Below, piece by piece: positions 63,245-64,000 of a stretch of 64,000 nt of DNA. This DNA is from Calcarisporiella thermophila CBS 279.70 (taxonomy: Eukaryota; Fungi; Calcarisporiellomycota). The position numbers and the translations under genes were made by a program. Where the stretch lies: contig NW_027192205.1 of the NCBI RefSeq assembly GCF_041956535.1, positions 310,085 through 374,084 on the forward strand, written 5' to 3'. Positions within the stretch are counted from its first letter, which is position 1. Each line of letters begins with the position of its first letter. Below the pieces are notes generated by a model that worked only from the letters and a program-made list of their open reading frames with translations, ran no database searches and was not told the origin of the DNA.

Positions 63245-64000
63245 TTATTCACCACCTTTACCAACAGCAAATGCGAAAAATATCGCCCAGCTTGCGACCA
63301 TCAGAGCCATGAAGGATAGAGCAAAAAAGATACTCGCTCGATTTTTGGAAAGCGTATTGTTCTTTTCATGCTGCTCCTTTTCTTTAACTAGAGGGATGCG
63401 TTGTTGCCGCTCGACTTCTAGAATCCCTTTATATAAAAACCGATCTAATAGCCATATGACAACACCTAATATCACTGAAGAAATGGCAATGACGATAAAG
63501 AAGATCATAACATTGTCATAGTTTTTGCCAGTCGACTTGTCTTGGATCAATCCAATTGCAATATCCTGAATTGTTGTGCCCACATTCATTCCTGACTTAT
63601 AAATGCCGAAGCCAGTCCCAACTAACTCTAAGGGAAGGATTAGACCAACAGAAGATGCAAGTACCACCGGTCCAACTGAAAGCGAGAGGGAGAAGAAAAC
63701 CATTCCGAGAATTGGCGTGACAGTGCTGAATGCCAGAACACACTGCGAAATTAAGAAAAAGCCAGCCGAGAGAATGAAACCAGTTACCCGCAGACCTCGC
63801 AGGTCAAGGAAATATCCGAGAAAAGGAGATATGACAATTGGCAGCGCATGAGCAACACTGGCGTTGAATGCTGCTAACTCTTGTTTCATATTGTAACGCT
63901 TTTCTACAAAATCTGTAGCATTATGCAGGAACGCTGTCCAAGCGCCTCCCATAAGCACTTGGCTAAATACGATCAGCCAGTAAGTCGTGGAAAAAAAGAT
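63245..64000 (-). CDS. MFS transporter, MFSD1-like (3' part; 5' end outside the window)
   Basis: PIVISPFLGYFLDLRG, LPLELVGTGFGIYKSGMNVG and IAIGLIQD motifs; hydrophobic helices. Confidence 0.85.
   Translation of the reverse strand: MFFSTTYWLIVFSQVLMGGAWTAFLHNATDFVEKRYNMKQELAAFNASVAHALPIVISPFLGYFLDLRGLRVTGFILSAGFFLISQCVLAFSTVTPILGMVFFSLSLSVGPVVLASSVGLILPLELVGTGFGIYKSGMNVGTTIQDIAIGLIQDKSTGKNYDNVMIFFIVIAISSVILGVVIWLLDRFLYKGILEVERQQRIPLVKEKEQHEKNNTLSKNRASIFFALSFMALMVASWAIFFAFAVGKGGE

Noticed and set aside
1-64000. Transposons, CRISPR arrays, rRNA, or a secondary-metabolite gene cluster
   Set aside because: No transposase/RT/integrase motifs, terminal repeats, repeat-spacer arrays, rRNA-like sequence or PKS/NRPS/terpene core genes were seen.

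Overview
Eukaryotic, gene-dense, intron-rich DNA from a fungus, most plausibly an early-diverging lineage such as Mucoromycota. This is an inference from the short GT-AG introns with CTAAC/CTAAT-type branch sites, the fungal-type pyruvate carboxylase, KilA-N/APSES and GH18 genes, and the presence of KXD1-, CCDC174-, nucleoredoxin- and MFSD1-like genes. I assembled 28 protein-coding genes by hand, one of them truncated at the window end. They include two that are essentially absent from the ORF track (PRE10 and KXD1) and several whose true starts or ends the track misses. I found no rRNA, tRNA, transposon or CRISPR array. The best leads are: (1) a MATA-type HMG-box gene directly next to a gene for a secreted protein with multiple Kex2-type sites, a possible mating/signalling or peptide-effector module; (2) a protein resembling animal NAB co-repressors (NCD1 SAM domain plus an NCD2-like tail); (3) strong strand polarity, with 9 consecutive + genes, 8 consecutive - genes and spacers as short as 122 bp, coinciding with a GC-to-AT shift; (4) four GC-AG introns, three with weak donor context; (5) ZRE-like ACC-N5-GGT motifs upstream of a His-rich ZIP zinc transporter. 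All gene models are manual and have not been checked against RNA data or database searches.
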